Source of the DNA: Pseudoalteromonas tetraodonis | GTDB lineage: Bacteria; Pseudomonadota; Gammaproteobacteria; Enterobacterales; Alteromonadaceae | Direction of reading: 5' to 3' | NCBI RefSeq assembly: GCF_002310835.1 | Contig: NZ_CP011042.1 | Location: 697,258-729,257, forward strand | Length of the DNA stretch: 32,000 bases | Shown: piece by piece, positions 9,549 to 17,784 of the stretch | Layout: every line of letters begins with the position of its first letter | How positions within the stretch are numbered: position 1 is the stretch's first letter | Notes under the pieces: model-generated | The model's input: only the letters and a program-made list of their open reading frames with translations | The model's database searches: none | What the model was told of the DNA's origin: nothing | Position numbers and translations under genes: made by a program

Positions 9549-10295
9549 ATGGGTAAAAAAGTACGCAAAGCAACCGTATTAAGCACAAAGCAAATAACCC
9601 CACATTTACAACGCATTATTGTCGGCTCAGATGAGTTTAACGACCTGAGTGCGCAATACATTGGTAACTATGTAAAGGTGCTTATTCCACAAAATGGCCG
9701 CGTTGACTTTAATATTAAAACTACGTGTATGCGTTCATACACTATAAGACATGTTGATGAGCACACTGGTGCACTTACCCTCGACTTTGTGATAAATATG
9801 CACCAAGGTCCAGCCACTAATTGGGCTAAAGAAGCAAAAGTAGGCGATGAAGTGGGTATAGCAGGGCCAGGCCCTAAAAAGTTGGATAACTATGATCATT
9901 CATATTATCTATTACTTGGCGATTTAACTTCGGTTAATGCAATTAAAGGCTACGTGCAACAATTGCCTATAAACGCAAAAATTGACGCGATTATCCATGC
10001 ACCAACAAAAGATGATGTGATTAGCTTAGACTCCTCGCGTGATGTAACGTGGTTAATAACAAATAACCCCGATACAGATATGATAAACGCATTAAAATCG
10101 CTACCACTTAGTGAGCAACAACCTATTGTATTTATGGCACTTGAAGCCGGATTAGTCCGTAAAGCAAAAACCATATTAACTGATGAATTAGCTATACCGC
10201 GCAGTCAAATTGTTGCATCGGGCTATTGGAAAAAAGGACTTGATTCAGAAGCTTATAAACTAAAGCGCCAACACGCTGCGGCTAAAAATAGCTAA
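9549..10295 (+). CDS. Siderophore-interacting protein / FAD-binding ferric-reductase family (ViuB/SIP-like)
   Basis: GAGG lies upstream of ATG 9549. RSYTIRH is an RxYT-type FAD-binding motif. 248 aa, matching the two-domain SIP architecture. Divergent from the MarR gene. Confidence 0.75.
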   Translation: MGKKVRKATVLSTKQITPHLQRIIVGSDEFNDLSAQYIGNYVKVLIPQNGRVDFNIKTTCMRSYTIRHVDEHTGALTLDFVINMHQGPATNWAKEAKVGDEVGIAGPGPKKLDNYDHSYYLLLGDLTSVNAIKGYVQQLPINAKIDAIIHAPTKDDVISLDSSRDVTWLITNNPDTDMINALKSLPLSEQQPIVFMALEAGLVRKAKTILTDELAIPRSQIVASGYWKKGLDSEAYKLKRQHAAAKNS

Positions 10296-10439
10296 CTTAA
10301 TTGTTGTTCAATCACATCGCTATTTAGCTTTTAAAAGGCAAGGCGCCTTGAATTGACTGTCATACACACCCATCTCTTAGCGTAGACTCATTATTTATGG
10401 CTAGCGCTATAAATCGCTATTTAATTTGGAGGTGCTACT

Positions 10440-11432
10440 TTGTTATCAACTATTCCTTTTTCGTTATTAGAACTGGCGCCTATGCCTAAAGGCGCCACTG
10501 TGAGTGACACCTTAAATAAAAGTACAGCCTATGCACAAAAAGCTGATGAGCTCGGTTTTAACCGTTTTTGGTTAGCCGAGCATCATAATATGCCTGGGAT
10601 TGTTTGTGCGGCTACTTCAATTTTGGTGGGGCACATAGCCGGTAACACTAAAAAAATACGCGTAGGGTCGGGTGGAATTATGTTACCTAATCATGCTCCT
10701 TTAGTTGTTGCTGAGCAATTTGGCACCTTAGAAAGTTTATACCCAGGTCGAATTGATTTAGGGTTAGGGCGCGCTCCAGGTAGCGATCCTGTGACAAGTC
10801 GTGCATTAAATAACGATATCAGTCGTGCTGAAAACTTTCCTAATGAAGTGAGCGAGTTACAAACATTATTGGGCCCTTATGAGGGAACTAAGCGCGTGCG
10901 AGCAATACCTGGTGAAAACACCAATGTTCCCATTTGGCTTTTAGGTTCAAGTTTATTTAGTGCGCAGTTAGCTGCACAAAAAGGATTACCCTATGTATTT
11001 GCGGGGCACTTTGCACCGCGTTTTGTGCATGATGCAGTAGCCTTGTATAAACGAGAATTTAAACCATCAAATGTATTAGCTAAGCCTTATGTCATGTTGG
11101 CATTACCTTTAGTGGCTGCAGATACAGATGAAGAAGCACAGTACTTATCAACTACATCCAAACAGCGAGTGTTATCGTTAATTAGAGGCGACGAGTTGTG
11201 GTTAAAACCCCCAGTAGAAACAATGGAAGGTTTGTGGAGCGAACAAGAGCGCGCTCATGTTGAGAGCTTTTTAGGGTTAAGTGTTACCGGTGGGCCAGCC
11301 AGTATTAAACACAAGCTAGAAATGATTGTAAATCAATTAGGGGTTGATGAGCTTATATTCACCAACGACTTATTTGATAATGAAAAGCGCCATAAAGCGC
11401 TTGAAATTTTAATGCAAATAAAACATGGATAA
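10440..11432 (+). CDS. LLM-class (luciferase-like) flavin-dependent oxidoreductase, YhbW-like
   Basis: GGAGG at 10428-10432 lies 7 nt before TTG 10440. FSLLELAP...WLAEHHNMPGI...GSGGIMLPNHAPLVVAEQFGTLESLYPGRIDLGLGRAPGSD matches my recollection of E. coli YhbW closely. Confidence 0.85.
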   Translation: MLSTIPFSLLELAPMPKGATVSDTLNKSTAYAQKADELGFNRFWLAEHHNMPGIVCAATSILVGHIAGNTKKIRVGSGGIMLPNHAPLVVAEQFGTLESLYPGRIDLGLGRAPGSDPVTSRALNNDISRAENFPNEVSELQTLLGPYEGTKRVRAIPGENTNVPIWLLGSSLFSAQLAAQKGLPYVFAGHFAPRFVHDAVALYKREFKPSNVLAKPYVMLALPLVAADTDEEAQYLSTTSKQRVLSLIRGDELWLKPPVETMEGLWSEQERAHVESFLGLSVTGGPASIKHKLEMIVNQLGVDELIFTNDLFDNEKRHKALEILMQIKHG

Positions 11433-11655
11433 GCAATTGGTTAAGCAAGCGTACACTCAACGCTTGTTATGCTATTAAACAGATTAAAGTTGATTACGTC
11501 GGGGCCATTTTACATTATTTAAAAAGTGGCAATGAAAAGGTTTGTTCTGTTTTTTCAATAGAACTGATTTAAACAATCAATTTTAATTATGAATATTGAA
11601 CGATTATTATAAGGGTATGCAACACAATTCAGCTAAATAAATAGGAAGGTAAAGC

Positions 11656-12651
11656 GTGAAATCTCAAAATAGTACGACACCCCATTCATGCAACAACTCA
11701 GTGCAGCCAAAAGTAGCGCTGATAGCAGAAGGTGGCGGACAACGAGGGATATTTACCGCGGGTGTACTCGATGCTTGGTTAGAGCAAGAGTATGATCCGT
11801 TTGACTTATTTATTGGCACATCTGCAGGCTCTCAAAACTTAACAAGCTATTTGGCGCGTCAAAAAGGCTATGCTAAACGCCTGATCAGAGGCCTTTCGCG
11901 TCATAAACGTTTTTTTCAATTAGGTCGCGGCCTAATGGGTAAACATATTGTTGACCTAGATTGGTACTTTGATAAAACTACCGAAGTGAACAGAGCGCTT
12001 GATTTTAAAACCGCAAAAGCCAGTTTAGGTGACCGTGAGCTATTAATTACTGCAACTAATGCCCGTGATCGCAAACCTTATTTTTTATCCCCAACAGGGG
12101 AAGGCCAGCAATGGCGAGAGCTATTAAAAGCGTCAAGTGCACTGCCATTTTTATATAAGCAAGGTGTAAAATTGACGCCGTGGTTAAATGCATTAGCCGC
12201 AAATGAATTAGGTAAGACCGAGATACAGTCAGAGTCTGATTTTTACTTAGACGGTGGCCTTGCCGCACCGCTTCCTGTACGCGAAGCATATAATCGTGGC
12301 GCACGCAAAATTGTGGTTATACGCACCGTTGATGAAGCCTTTCAGGCTCAATCAGCATGGGTAAGTAAATTAAAATCATTTGTTGAAGTATCTGGCTATT
12401 GCCCAAAAACAATAGACTACTTATTACAACATGAGCAAGCTTACGAAGATGAGTTAGCATTTATTGCTAACCCACCAAAAGATGTAGAAATAATCCAAAT
12501 TTTTGCAAATCAAAAGTTGTATAGTAAGTTATTAGGCAGCTCAAATGATGACTTACGATTTGACTATAAACTTGGTTTAGCAGCAGGCCATAACTACTTA
12601 AAAAACCATCACCCAGATCAGGATGATTATAAACACAGCTACATAGCGTAG
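11656..12651 (+). CDS. Patatin-like phospholipase, YjjU-like
   Basis: AGGAAGG lies upstream of GTG 11656. EGGGQRGIFTAGVLD (oxyanion hole), GTSAGS (GxSxG) and LDGG (catalytic Asp). Collinear with my recollection of E. coli YjjU. Confidence 0.85.
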   Translation: MKSQNSTTPHSCNNSVQPKVALIAEGGGQRGIFTAGVLDAWLEQEYDPFDLFIGTSAGSQNLTSYLARQKGYAKRLIRGLSRHKRFFQLGRGLMGKHIVDLDWYFDKTTEVNRALDFKTAKASLGDRELLITATNARDRKPYFLSPTGEGQQWRELLKASSALPFLYKQGVKLTPWLNALAANELGKTEIQSESDFYLDGGLAAPLPVREAYNRGARKIVVIRTVDEAFQAQSAWVSKLKSFVEVSGYCPKTIDYLLQHEQAYEDELAFIANPPKDVEIIQIFANQKLYSKLLGSSNDDLRFDYKLGLAAGHNYLKNHHPDQDDYKHSYIA

Positions 12652-12667
12652 CTGTGTGTTTATTATC
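12633..12667 (+). terminator. Hairpin overlapping the stop codon of the patatin gene; probable terminator
   Basis: Perfect 10-bp inverted repeat: acacagctac (12633-12642) and gtagctgtgt (12648-12657), followed by gtttattat. Confidence 0.5.
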
Positions 12668-12983
12668 AGCAAGATAATAAATCAGCATTTACTGTGTTCT
12701 CATGGCAGTCATTTAGCCGTGAGAAATATTCGGTTTTTTACCTCGAAAATAATGCGCTAACGGTTATTAAAGCACGCGACTAATTCCTTTCTAAAACATT
12801 CCTTTTACATCAGCAATTACACTGCAATATAAATTAGTTTGTTTGGTGAATTTATATTCATTAATAAAGAAAAATAATTCACATCTAATTAGCTTTATTA
12901 TAAAGTGGCTAAGTCTCTACTAAACTTAAACACTCACGTCGCTAAATTAATAACGTGGCAAATAATAATAAAAAGGAAGCCTG

Positions 12984-14390
12984 ATGTTCGACACGCTGAT
13001 CAAAAGTGTAAATAGCCTTTTATGGGGCGAAGGCCAAGTACTCATTTACATTTTACTTTTTGCTGGCATATGGTTTTCTGTGCGTTTAAAAGCTATTCAA
13101 CTCGTTAAATTTACACATATGTTTAGCTTGCTAAAAGGCAGTAGCAAGTGTGATAAAAATAACATTAGCTCCTTTCAGGCTCTATGTACGGGGCTTTGTG
13201 CGCGTGTTGGTACTGGTAATTTAGCCGGTGTGGCTGTTGCTATATCACTTGGTGGAAGTGGCGCCATATTTTGGATGTGGGTGATTGCCATACTGGGTAT
13301 GGCGACCGGTTTTGCAGAAAGTATTCTTGGGCAAATTTATAAAATTCGTGATAGTAATGGCGATTTTAGAGGTGGCCCTGCGTATTATATTCAACAAGGC
13401 TTAGGCAGCCGTGCGTTTGCTATTGTGTTTGCCGCCTGTTTATTTTTAGGTTACGGCTTTACCTTTAGCGCCATGCAAACCAACACCATTACCGATGCGC
13501 TTAATTATGCCTTTGAAATTCCCACACACTATTCCGGCATCGTGATCACTTTGTTAGCCGGTTCAATTATTTTAGGTGGATTTAAAGCTATTGCCCGTTT
13601 TGCTGAGCGAGTAGTCCCTGTTATGGGCATCGTGTTTGTGCTTGTTGCTGTGGTAATTACACTGATTAACTTTACCCAAGTACCCAGTATGCTAAAAGAT
13701 ATATTTTTATCCGCGTTTGGCTTACAAGAAGCGGGAGCAGGCGCAATGGGGGCGGCGATTAAAAATGGTATTCAACGGGGCTTATATTCAAACGAAGCAG
13801 GCGCAGGTAGTGTGCCGCATGCATCGGCAAGTGCCAGCCCTATACCTAATCACCCAGTTACCCAAGGTTACATACAAATGCTAGGCGTGTTTTTCGACAC
13901 TATTGTACTTTGTAGCTGTACCGCGGTTATTATTTTATTGGCCGATGTGAACATAAGCGGCGAAATGGAAGGCATTCGTTTAACCCAAACCGCTATGACC
14001 TCACATTTAGCACAAGGTGGCGTGTATTTTGTAGCCGCTGCCATTACTTTATTTGCTTTTACCTCGGTGGTTGCTAACTACGCCTACGCTGAAAGTAACC
14101 TGCACCTATTTAAGCTTGATAACAAAGTAGGGCGCGGTATTTATACTTTGCTTTATTTATCAATGATGTTGTGGGGCGCATCAGCCACCTTAAAACAAGT
14201 ATGGGATTTAGCCGATATTGCCCTAGGGTTAATGACAGTGGTGAACGTAATCGCTATTATACTGTTAACGCCAACTATTTTGTCTGTTACTAACGACTAC
14301 CACGCACAAAGAGACAAAGGCATAGAGCCTGAATTTAAGGTAAAAAACGTAAAAGTGCAGGGCAAATGTGAAGACGGAATTTGGGATTAA
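12984..14390 (+). CDS. Alanine/glycine:cation symporter (AGCS family; sodium:alanine symporter)
   Basis: AAGGAAG lies upstream of ATG 12984. 468 aa polytopic membrane protein with AGCS-type motifs (GTGNLAGVA, GGPAYY, RGLYSNEAGAGS). Confidence 0.9.
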   Translation: MFDTLIKSVNSLLWGEGQVLIYILLFAGIWFSVRLKAIQLVKFTHMFSLLKGSSKCDKNNISSFQALCTGLCARVGTGNLAGVAVAISLGGSGAIFWMWVIAILGMATGFAESILGQIYKIRDSNGDFRGGPAYYIQQGLGSRAFAIVFAACLFLGYGFTFSAMQTNTITDALNYAFEIPTHYSGIVITLLAGSIILGGFKAIARFAERVVPVMGIVFVLVAVVITLINFTQVPSMLKDIFLSAFGLQEAGAGAMGAAIKNGIQRGLYSNEAGAGSVPHASASASPIPNHPVTQGYIQMLGVFFDTIVLCSCTAVIILLADVNISGEMEGIRLTQTAMTSHLAQGGVYFVAAAITLFAFTSVVANYAYAESNLHLFKLDNKVGRGIYTLLYLSMMLWGASATLKQVWDLADIALGLMTVVNVIAIILLTPTILSVTNDYHAQRDKGIEPEFKVKNVKVQGKCEDGIWD

Positions 14391-14484
14391 GATTAAAGTT
14401 TAAAAGTTTTTTATTGCATAAGTATTCATTTTTAAGTTTGGCTTTAACAACATTAAACTGCGACTCTACAGGTAGTATTTTTAG

Positions 14485-15528
14485 ATGATCGACATTTTTG
14501 CAGGTAAAACTGCAGCAAAAATAATAAACGAACAAGGGTTTAAACCTGAGCTTTTTACCTCGTTTTTAGGGGCAAGTGGTGGCCCTAAATGGTTTACCTT
14601 ATTTGGCTTAGACAAATATATATTTGGCGAATTTTTTAAACATCGCATCCAACCGCTTAATTTAATTGGCTCATCGGCAGGGGCTTTTCGTTCTGCGTGT
14701 TTTGCACAAAACGATCCAGTTAAAGCCATTGAACGTTTAGCAAAATCGTATTCGCAAACCCGATATTCTAGTAATAAACCCACCCCAACTGAGATTACCA
14801 CTAAAGCCCGCGCATTACTTGAAGATGTATTTGGTGATGATGGCGTTACTGAAATTATAAATAATCCGGTATTTAAAGCGCATTTTATTGTCGCAAAATC
14901 TAACGGGTTTATTGCCAGTGAGAATAAATTAATACAGCTTTTGGGTTTATCAAAAAGTTATATGCTTAACCGCGTTAATCGAAAATTATTAGGCTCGCAA
15001 TATGAGCGTTTTATTTTTGGCGCGCCCAATAGTGATTTAAGTATTACCGACAGCTACAATTTTAAAACTCAAAATATCGCACTCACACAAACAAATTTAA
15101 AAGATGCCTTATTGGCATCGGGCTCTATACCACTAGTAATGCAAGGCATAAAAAATATTGCCGGTTCCCCACCAGGAATTTACCGCGATGGCGGCATTAT
15201 TGATTACCACTTTGATTTAAAAATTAATAACCCAGGCTTAATTTTGTATCCGCATTTTAATTCAGAACCAAAAGCAGGGTGGTTCGATAAAAATTTAAAA
15301 CGAAAAGTGTCACCACAAAATTATGATAACGTTGTGATGATCACCCCATCAAAAGAATTTGTCGCGGGTTTACCTTACGGGAAAATCCCAGATAGAAACG
15401 ACTTTACTGATCTTGATGCAGACACGCGGATTAAATATTGGAACACCGTGTTTAGTGAAACTGAGAAACTGGCCGAAACATTTGATAATAATTTAGAAAA
15501 TGAAAGCTTTGATTTAAAAATTTTTTAA
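14485..15528 (+). CDS. Divergent patatin-like phospholipase family protein
   Basis: GASGGPKW (Gly-rich oxyanion motif), GSSAGA (GxSxG) and YRDGGIIDY (DGG catalytic Asp). No clear SD. ATG 14485 is the first start after an in-frame TAG. Confidence 0.72.
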   Translation: MIDIFAGKTAAKIINEQGFKPELFTSFLGASGGPKWFTLFGLDKYIFGEFFKHRIQPLNLIGSSAGAFRSACFAQNDPVKAIERLAKSYSQTRYSSNKPTPTEITTKARALLEDVFGDDGVTEIINNPVFKAHFIVAKSNGFIASENKLIQLLGLSKSYMLNRVNRKLLGSQYERFIFGAPNSDLSITDSYNFKTQNIALTQTNLKDALLASGSIPLVMQGIKNIAGSPPGIYRDGGIIDYHFDLKINNPGLILYPHFNSEPKAGWFDKNLKRKVSPQNYDNVVMITPSKEFVAGLPYGKIPDRNDFTDLDADTRIKYWNTVFSETEKLAETFDNNLENESFDLKIF

Positions 15529-15537
15529 TTATTACTT

Positions 15538-15565
15538 ACTATACATAAATTACGGTATGCAGTAT
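15538..15565 (+). other. Degenerate dif-like site (pseudo-dif; candidate attL of a Xer-exploiting cassette)
   Basis: ACTATACATAA|ATTACG|GTATGCAGTAT. It shares CATAA and an identical 6-bp central region with the site at 17126-17153. Its XerD-arm equivalent matches TTATGTTAAAT at only 6/11. Located 10 nt after the patatin stop codon. Confidence 0.5.
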
Positions 15566-15600
15566 AAATAAAAGGGCGTAAGCCTTTTTTTATTAGATAT

Positions 15601-16674
15601 TTATAGATTCTGCCTGAGTGACAGTTTGTCGTCTGATAAAAAATTCATAATATTTTTAAAATGATAGTGAAGCATGGCTAAAAAAATCTTATTATCTTTA
15701 GTAGAAAAATAATTTAAAAGATTTGCTGTTATTTGAAACATACACAGAGTAAGACCTTCTATTGGGACTTTAGCACCTAAAGAACTTCTTCCTACACAAA
15801 GTTGATCATAAGAAGAACCATTCGTTGCAAGGTTCAAAATTAAACTTTGAGAGCTAGCATGAATATTTTGACTAGCAATTTTAGAGTAAGGTGCATAATG
15901 ATCTAAAGACAAAGTCTTTTCTATATCTGCAAAGGTTATTTTACCATTCTTATTACTTGGCTCTACAAAGCCATCCAACCAGCCATAATCAAATCTGTAT
16001 TTTTTACCATATGTAGTTAATAAATAATTATAAAGTTCTTCTGTTTGTTTGGCTTGGTCGTCATCGACGACTAAGTCTTTATACTTTTCTGGATAATTAT
16101 CTTTGGCTTGCTTAGATTTATTTAGATTATTAAACTTATCAACAATATGATGATGATAAAACTTTTCAGCGCATTCAGGGCCATATGTAAAAATGCTTAT
16201 AAAAATAACCAATATATCATACAGGCTTCTCCATCTTGATAAAGCAGCATCAGGATAGCCATTTTTTATTAAGCATAGTATTTCATTTGATGCTAAAGAT
16301 GCTCTAGCATGAAGTTTAATTAGAACATCAAACATTACATCATTTGTTTCAGATGCACTCAACCTGAACTCTTCATTAATTTCTGAACCCACAAAAACAG
16401 AAAATGAAATGAAGCGCTCAAGCTTTTCAATTAAAGTACCCCATTGTTTATTATGGGATTTAAAAAAAATGTCGTCCGATTCTGTGTTAAATTTCAGGAT
16501 AGAATCATCTATAAAATAAAATGATAGTTTAGGTAGAATGCTATCAACGGACTCTTGAACATAAGTCCGAAAATCAGCTTCAGTATATTCTTGGTAAGTA
16601 TTTTTCCCATTTTTTGATTCGTATTCATACAAATCATAAAGAGCCTGAGTAAGAATATCTTTTATGTCTTTCAT
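15601..16674 (-). CDS. Orphan AT-rich gene; helical protein resembling the DUF5677 family (function unknown)
   Basis: The track start at 16746 is a TTG. ATG 16674 (MKDIKDIL...) has AGGGAA 6 nt upstream, giving 357 aa. The segment LIKLHARASLASNEILCLIKNGYPDAALSRWRSLYDILV resembles my recollection of the DUF5677 core. Hand-counted GC of three 60-nt lines (15601-15780) is 22-35%. Confidence 0.65.
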   Translation of the reverse strand: MKDIKDILTQALYDLYEYESKNGKNTYQEYTEADFRTYVQESVDSILPKLSFYFIDDSILKFNTESDDIFFKSHNKQWGTLIEKLERFISFSVFVGSEINEEFRLSASETNDVMFDVLIKLHARASLASNEILCLIKNGYPDAALSRWRSLYDILVIFISIFTYGPECAEKFYHHHIVDKFNNLNKSKQAKDNYPEKYKDLVVDDDQAKQTEELYNYLLTTYGKKYRFDYGWLDGFVEPSNKNGKITFADIEKTLSLDHYAPYSKIASQNIHASSQSLILNLATNGSSYDQLCVGRSSLGAKVPIEGLTLCMFQITANLLNYFSTKDNKIFLAMLHYHFKNIMNFLSDDKLSLRQNL

Positions 16675-17057
16675 GAATTTCCCTGTAATTATTTGATTAC
16701 TGTTTTTTGCTAGAACACCTACAATATCTAGTAATTGACTTTGCAAATCAAATAAATATTGGTCTTAAGTCTTAATTTGCTCCATAAGTTTTTTGTACAT
16801 GGTTTCATATTTTTTGCTGACCAGTTTATATCACTTAACTAATGTACCGCAGATGATTTACTTTTCCTCAATGTTTAGACATAGTGTTGTCTTAATAGGG
16901 AGTTCTATACCTGGGCATGGGCAAGTTAGGGAAAGGAGACGTAATTAATAATGAAAATATACGTTAATAACATTAAATAATAGAGAGTTTATTAAGTAAT
17001 AAAAAGAAAATAATAATAAGTATTTTACCTTTGAAATTATAAGCGTTAAATTATTTT

Positions 17058-17126
17058 AGCTGATAGCTGATAGCTGATAGCTGATAGCTGATAGCTGATA
17101 GCTGATAGCTGATAGCTGATAGCTGA
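17058..17126. repeat. Perfect tandem heptad array (AGCTGAT) x ~9.9
   Basis: agctgat is repeated without interruption from 17058 to 17126 (69 nt). It ends exactly where the XerC-arm equivalent of the dif-like site begins. Confidence 0.97.
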
Positions 17127-17153
17127 AAACCCATAAATTACGTTATGTTAAAT
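17126..17153 (+). other. dif: Candidate XerCD dimer-resolution site (dif) of this replicon
   Basis: AAAACCCATAA|ATTACG|TTATGTTAAAT. The XerD arm is 11/11 identical to the E. coli and V. cholerae dif XerD arm. The inner XerC arm CATAA sits at the correct 6-bp spacing. The outer XerC arm is non-consensus. Confidence 0.65.
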
Positions 17154-17169
17154 TAAGCAATTTAAATTA

Positions 17170-17201
17170 AAGTGGGCGTAATCCATAAAACTAGCCCACT
17201 T
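17170..17201 (-). terminator. Hairpin downstream of the SYLF lipoprotein gene
   Basis: aagtgggc (17170-17177) pairs with gcccactt (17194-17201), with a 16-nt loop. AT/T-rich sequence follows on the minus strand. Confidence 0.45.
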
Positions 17202-17220
17202 ATGATAGGGTTTTGATAGC

Positions 17221-17784
17221 TTAGTTTAGCTCAGAATCGACCCAAAATTTAGTACCTTTTAAAACAGCTTGCAGTGCAAGGCCACTTTCGGTTAAAGAGT
17301 AAACAGTAACTTGGTCAGCAATAGCTTCGGCAACTAAAGCGCCACCTTTATCTTGGTATTTTGCAGCAGCATCGGCATTACCACCGAACGCCCAACCATG
17401 TTTAATAAATCTATTTAACGCAGCTTGATCGTGAAAAACCATCACAATATTGAAATCTTTAACACCTAAACCTAAGCCTAAACCAGCTTCACCCATATTC
17501 ATATAGGTAGATTTTCCGGTTAGGTTATTTTTTACTACACCGTACCCACCACCAAAACTGGCTAAAATAACGTTTACATTGGCATTATCAAATACAGCAT
17601 AACCGGCAGAGTTTGCAATTTGAGTTTTAACATCTGGTTTTTTTTCGTATAGAGCAGTTAATGTATTCGATTTCATACTTTGTACTAAAGCACGTTTTTC
17701 TCCAGGGGAAGCACTGCCTGTAGTAGCGCAACCTGTTAATAAAACGCTAATAACTAACATGCTCAACAGAAGTAATTTTTTCAT
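17221..17784 (-). CDS. Lipoprotein with SYLF (Ysc84/DUF500) lipid-binding domain
   Basis: The track start at 17841 is a TTG. ATG 17784 has AAGGA upstream and gives MKKLLLLSMLVISVLLTG/C (lipobox). The Gly-rich GGGYGVV...GLGLGLGV segment is typical of bacterial SYLF proteins. Confidence 0.8.
   Translation of the reverse strand: MKKLLLLSMLVISVLLTGCATTGSASPGEKRALVQSMKSNTLTALYEKKPDVKTQIANSAGYAVFDNANVNVILASFGGGYGVVKNNLTGKSTYMNMGEAGLGLGLGVKDFNIVMVFHDQAALNRFIKHGWAFGGNADAAAKYQDKGGALVAEAIADQVTVYSLTESGLALQAVLKGTKFWVDSELN

Larger units (their letters stand above)
15538..17153. mobile_element. Candidate 1,588-bp dif-flanked integrative cassette (IMEX-like): one orphan gene plus a heptad array
   Basis: Direct 15/16 repeat cataaattacgGtatg (15544-15559) / cataaattacgTtatg (17132-17147), each in a 28-bp dif-like context. 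The interior is much more AT-rich than the flanks. Convergent housekeeping-type genes lie on both sides. Confidence 0.5.

Noticed and set aside
12652-12983. Glycine riboswitch or other leader upstream of the alanine/glycine symporter
   Set aside because: I looked for the conserved glycine-riboswitch cores (GGAGAG...ACCGAAGGGGCAA-like) in the 330-bp leader and found none. Only AT-rich sequence and short hairpins attributable to the upstream terminator are present.
14335-14801. Minus-strand ORFs 14335-14535 and 14481-14801 overlapping the AGCS 3' end and the patatin 5' end
   Set aside because: They overlap better-supported plus-strand genes and have no motifs or RBS.
16911-16935. KOPS-like G-rich motifs (gggcatggg, gggaaagg) near the dif-like site
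   Set aside because: Neither fits GGGNAGGG exactly, and a single occurrence cannot show polarity. A whole-replicon skew analysis is needed.
16939-16946. Inverted copy of the dif central region (ACGTAATT) left of the heptad array, as a possible third Xer site
   Set aside because: Only 8 bp match. Flanking bases do not align with either the XerC or the XerD arm at the correct spacing.
16951-16980. 9-codon mini-ORF (MKIYVNNIK*) preceded by AAGGAGA inside the cassette
   Set aside because: The SD-to-ATG spacing is long (11 nt). There is no downstream gene on that strand to regulate, and such an ORF is easily produced by chance in AT-rich DNA.
17058-17126. Heptad array as a CRISPR array or as a coding repeat
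   Set aside because: The units are 7 bp and contiguous with no spacers, so it is not a CRISPR array. No ORF spans the array, and 7 is not a multiple of 3.
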